Shown in pieces: positions 33,224 to 35,476 of a DNA stretch of 35,476 bases. Each line of letters starts with the position of its first letter. Within the stretch, counting starts at the first letter, position 1. Both the position numbers and the translations under genes were made by a program. Under the pieces are notes generated by a model. It was not told the origin of the DNA, did not search any database, and saw nothing but the letters and a program-made list of their open reading frames with translations. The stretch is from a virus (taxonomy: Duplodnaviria > Caudoviricetes): positions 1 to 35,476 of IMG/VR virus record IMGVR_UViG_3300046115_000085. One strand, 5' to 3'.

Positions 33224-34573
33224 ATGTCCGACCCTATCGCGGCCAACCCCGACCCGTTCTCCCCAGATACTTCGCACGTTCGGGGTATCTCGATCAACCA
33301 AATTACCATCCCCACAAACCGCCAGCGCCTGGAGATCAAGGAAGAAGAATTAGGCGAACTGGCCGCGTCGATTCGAGCCGTTGGCCTCCTGCATCCCATT
33401 GTCGTTCGCCAGGTCAATGGTGGCTACCATCTCGTCGCCGGGGAACGTCGGCTTCGAGCGGCCCGCTTGATGTCCATGATTGGCCAGGGCTTGCAGCACG
33501 GAATGCTCAGCTTCCCAGCAGGGCTGATCCCAGCAAACGACCTCGGCGAGCTTTCCGTGGACGCTGCTCATGAAGCGGAGCTCGAGGAAAACATCCGCCG
33601 GGTCGATCTTACAATGGCTGAGCAAGTTCAGGCCATCGCCTCTCTGCACAAGCTTCGCCAGCTGCGCAATCCCCACCACACTGTCGCAGATACCGCAGAT
33701 GAGGCCTTTCCCAACCTTGCCCGCGGCAGTAGAAAGACACGCGACGCGCTTGTCATCGCGCGCGCGATGGAAGTGATGCCAGAGCTGGCCAAGGTTAAAA
33801 CCGAGCACGAGGCGATGAAGCTCATCAACCGCGCCTCGAAACACGCGCTTAACGAACGGCTCGCCGAGGCCGTCGGTAAGATCTCTGTCACCGATCTCCA
33901 CGAGGTCCACCATGCAGACGCCAAAGATTGGATTAGAACTTGTCCCGAAGGAAGGTTCCAATGCATACTCATTGACCCCCCTTACGGGATGGAAGCTGAA
34001 AGTTTCGGGGATGGCGCCGGGCGCCTCCAAGGAATCACACATCAATATTCTGACTCTGCTGAGTCCTTCCGGGGTATCATGGCAGATCTGGCTCCGGAAC
34101 TCACCCGAGTCTCTGCAGTTGAATCGCACCTGTATGTCTGGTGCGACATCGACGGTTTTCACTTCCTCCGAGACCTATTCCAAGCGAATGGATGGTGGTG
34201 CTTCCGAACACCTCTCATCAATATCAAGAGAGAGGGGGGCAGGGTCCCGTGGCCGGATCACGGACCCAGACGCTGCTACGAGCTGGTACTCTACGCCGTT
34301 AGGGGTAAACTTCCAACGACAGCAATCTATCGCGACGTCTTCGAAAGTACTCTCGAGGGGGGAAACCTTGGCCATGGTGCGCAGAAGCCCGTCGAAGCGT
34401 ATACCGAACTTCTCAAGAGAAGCACTCGTCCGGGGGATACCGTCTTGGACTGTTTTGCTGGCACTGGCACTATACTTGTGGCTGCACACGAGTTGAAGCT
34501 CCGCAGCGTTGCCGTTGAAAAAGAAGCTAGTGCCTACGGCACTTGTATCGAGCGGCTGCGGGGTCTCCAATGA
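33224..34573 (+). CDS. ParB/Srx-domain plus N6-A/N4-C DNA methyltransferase fusion (beta class)
   Basis: GLLHPIVV, VAGERRLRA and EENIRR (ParB). DPPY, HGAQKP and VLDCFAGTG (methyltransferase, catalytic motif before the SAM-binding motif). Confidence 0.9.
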   Translation: MSDPIAANPDPFSPDTSHVRGISINQITIPTNRQRLEIKEEELGELAASIRAVGLLHPIVVRQVNGGYHLVAGERRLRAARLMSMIGQGLQHGMLSFPAGLIPANDLGELSVDAAHEAELEENIRRVDLTMAEQVQAIASLHKLRQLRNPHHTVADTADEAFPNLARGSRKTRDALVIARAMEVMPELAKVKTEHEAMKLINRASKHALNERLAEAVGKISVTDLHEVHHADAKDWIRTCPEGRFQCILIDPPYGMEAESFGDGAGRLQGITHQYSDSAESFRGIMADLAPELTRVSAVESHLYVWCDIDGFHFLRDLFQANGWWCFRTPLINIKREGGRVPWPDHGPRRCYELVLYAVRGKLPTTAIYRDVFESTLEGGNLGHGAQKPVEAYTELLKRSTRPGDTVLDCFAGTGTILVAAHELKLRSVAVEKEASAYGTCIERLRGLQ

Positions 34574-34785
34574 CCTGGGGAATCTACTGCAAGGTCTGTA
34601 ACAGGCTACTCTGGAGAAGGGCAAAACCCTTTGCGAAGGGGGAGCTTATGCTCCCACAAGACGCCGCCCATAGTGTAACAGGTGTAAGGGCTAAGACTGG
34701 CGATGTGGTCCAGTGGTGTGGCTGTAAAGGGGGACTTGGGCAGCAAGAGCTCGCTAAAACAGGAGCGGTGAATGACCCCCAATGA
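34570..34785 (+). CDS. Small Cys-containing protein
   Basis: Start reassigned to ATG 34570 (ATGA overlap): MTWGIYCKVC...WCGC. Confidence 0.5.
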   Translation: MTWGIYCKVCNRLLWRRAKPFAKGELMLPQDAAHSVTGVRAKTGDVVQWCGCKGGLGQQELAKTGAVNDPQ

Positions 34786-34960
34786 GCTGCTAGAGCTCGA
34801 CGCAATAATCTCCAGGGGGGAGTGGTACACAAGGGGGCCTCATTACCCGCCTTACTTCGCCCCTATCGAGAGGGACTCTCGCCGCTACCACGAGCTGATG
34901 GACTCAAAAGCAGAAGAACTATTTAGGAGGGAATATGATGCAAGGGAGCGGCCCGACTAA
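34772..34960 (+). CDS. Hypothetical protein
   Basis: 62 aa with an AGGAG RBS. Confidence 0.5.
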   Translation: MTPNELLELDAIISRGEWYTRGPHYPPYFAPIERDSRRYHELMDSKAEELFRREYDARERPD

Positions 34961-35476
34961 CGCTCGGGTAATGATCGTTGGTGAAGCTCCCGGCGAGTAC
35001 GAAGTCATGCTTGGAAAGCCCTTCGTCGGGCCATCTGGGCAAGAGCTCGACCGCATGCTGCACGACGCGGGGTTGCTGCGCTCCGAATGCTTCGTCACAA
35101 ACGTCTGCAGGGAAAGGCCAGCAAACAATGACATCAAGAGCTTCTTCGTCCGCACCAAAAAACGCCCTGGGGATGAATGGCATCCTTATCTTGGCGGATG
35201 GGCGCGTAGTCCAGTGGTACAGGGGGCAGAACTGCTCCTTAAAGAAATTGCCGCCGTTCAGCCGGAGATCATCATCCCTGTTGGGAACCTTGCTCTACTG
35301 GCAACCACCGGAAAGTGGGGAATCGGAAACTGGCGGGGAAGTATGTTTCGTTTGGAAGGAAGGCTTGCCCTCCCAACCTACCATCCAGCAGCTGTACTTC
35401 GGCAGTGGTCACTGCGGCCGTATGTCGTGTCGGACCTGCGAAGGGTTAAAGCAAGGCTCGATTGCCCGAATGTAGT
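34935..35476 (+). CDS. Family-4 uracil-DNA glycosylase domain (SPO1 DNA polymerase-related), partial
   Basis: Not in the ORF track. Manual translation MMQGSGPTNARVMIVGEAPG..E...KPFVGPSG...FVTNVC..RP...LPTYHPAAVLR; AGGAGG RBS; no stop before the window end. Confidence 0.9.
   Translation, partial: MMQGSGPTNARVMIVGEAPGEYEVMLGKPFVGPSGQELDRMLHDAGLLRSECFVTNVCRERPANNDIKSFFVRTKKRPGDEWHPYLGGWARSPVVQGAELLLKEIAAVQPEIIIPVGNLALLATTGKWGIGNWRGSMFRLEGRLALPTYHPAAVLRQWSLRPYVVSDLRRVKARLDCPNV

Noticed and set aside
34978-35475. 165-aa ORF in the track
   Set aside because: It is an alternative frame. The UDG motifs and AGGAGG RBS belong to the frame starting at 34935.
1-35476. Integrase, att site, tRNA, reverse transcriptase or IS element
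   Set aside because: No supporting motifs were seen by eye. Short RNAs could have been missed without a covariance-model search.

Overview
This window is about 35 kb of a tailed dsDNA phage genome with podovirus-like morphogenesis, probably infecting a Proteobacterium (inferred from high GC and sigma70-type promoters). The left ~23 kb is a minus-strand late module: TerS, TerL, portal, an accessory insert, scaffold, major capsid, decoration protein, tail tubular proteins, ejection proteins and tail fibres, with a PAPS-reductase-family gene embedded among the ejection genes. The right ~12 kb is a mostly plus-strand early module: small genes, a PD-(D/E)xK exonuclease, a Sak4-like AAA ATPase, an SSB-like protein, a ParB-methyltransferase fusion and a family-4 UDG domain running off the edge. 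Four observations stand out. (1) Five 15-23 bp direct repeats (ATGACCACTGAACGAGAGTTGCC) at 28210-29191 each form the first codons of an unrelated ORF and carry stops in both other frames, which looks like a recombination-exchangeable gene-cassette array next to the recombination genes. (2) A ~280 bp degenerate palindrome with 10-bp-periodic subrepeats and an AT-rich core lies at 23276-23552. (3) A TTCCACAnTAY motif recurs at promoters and intergenic sites. (4) Three early proteins share a C-terminal [IV]DGxx[IL]LAx[LM] peptide. All functional calls come from motif recognition and gene order only; no database search was run.
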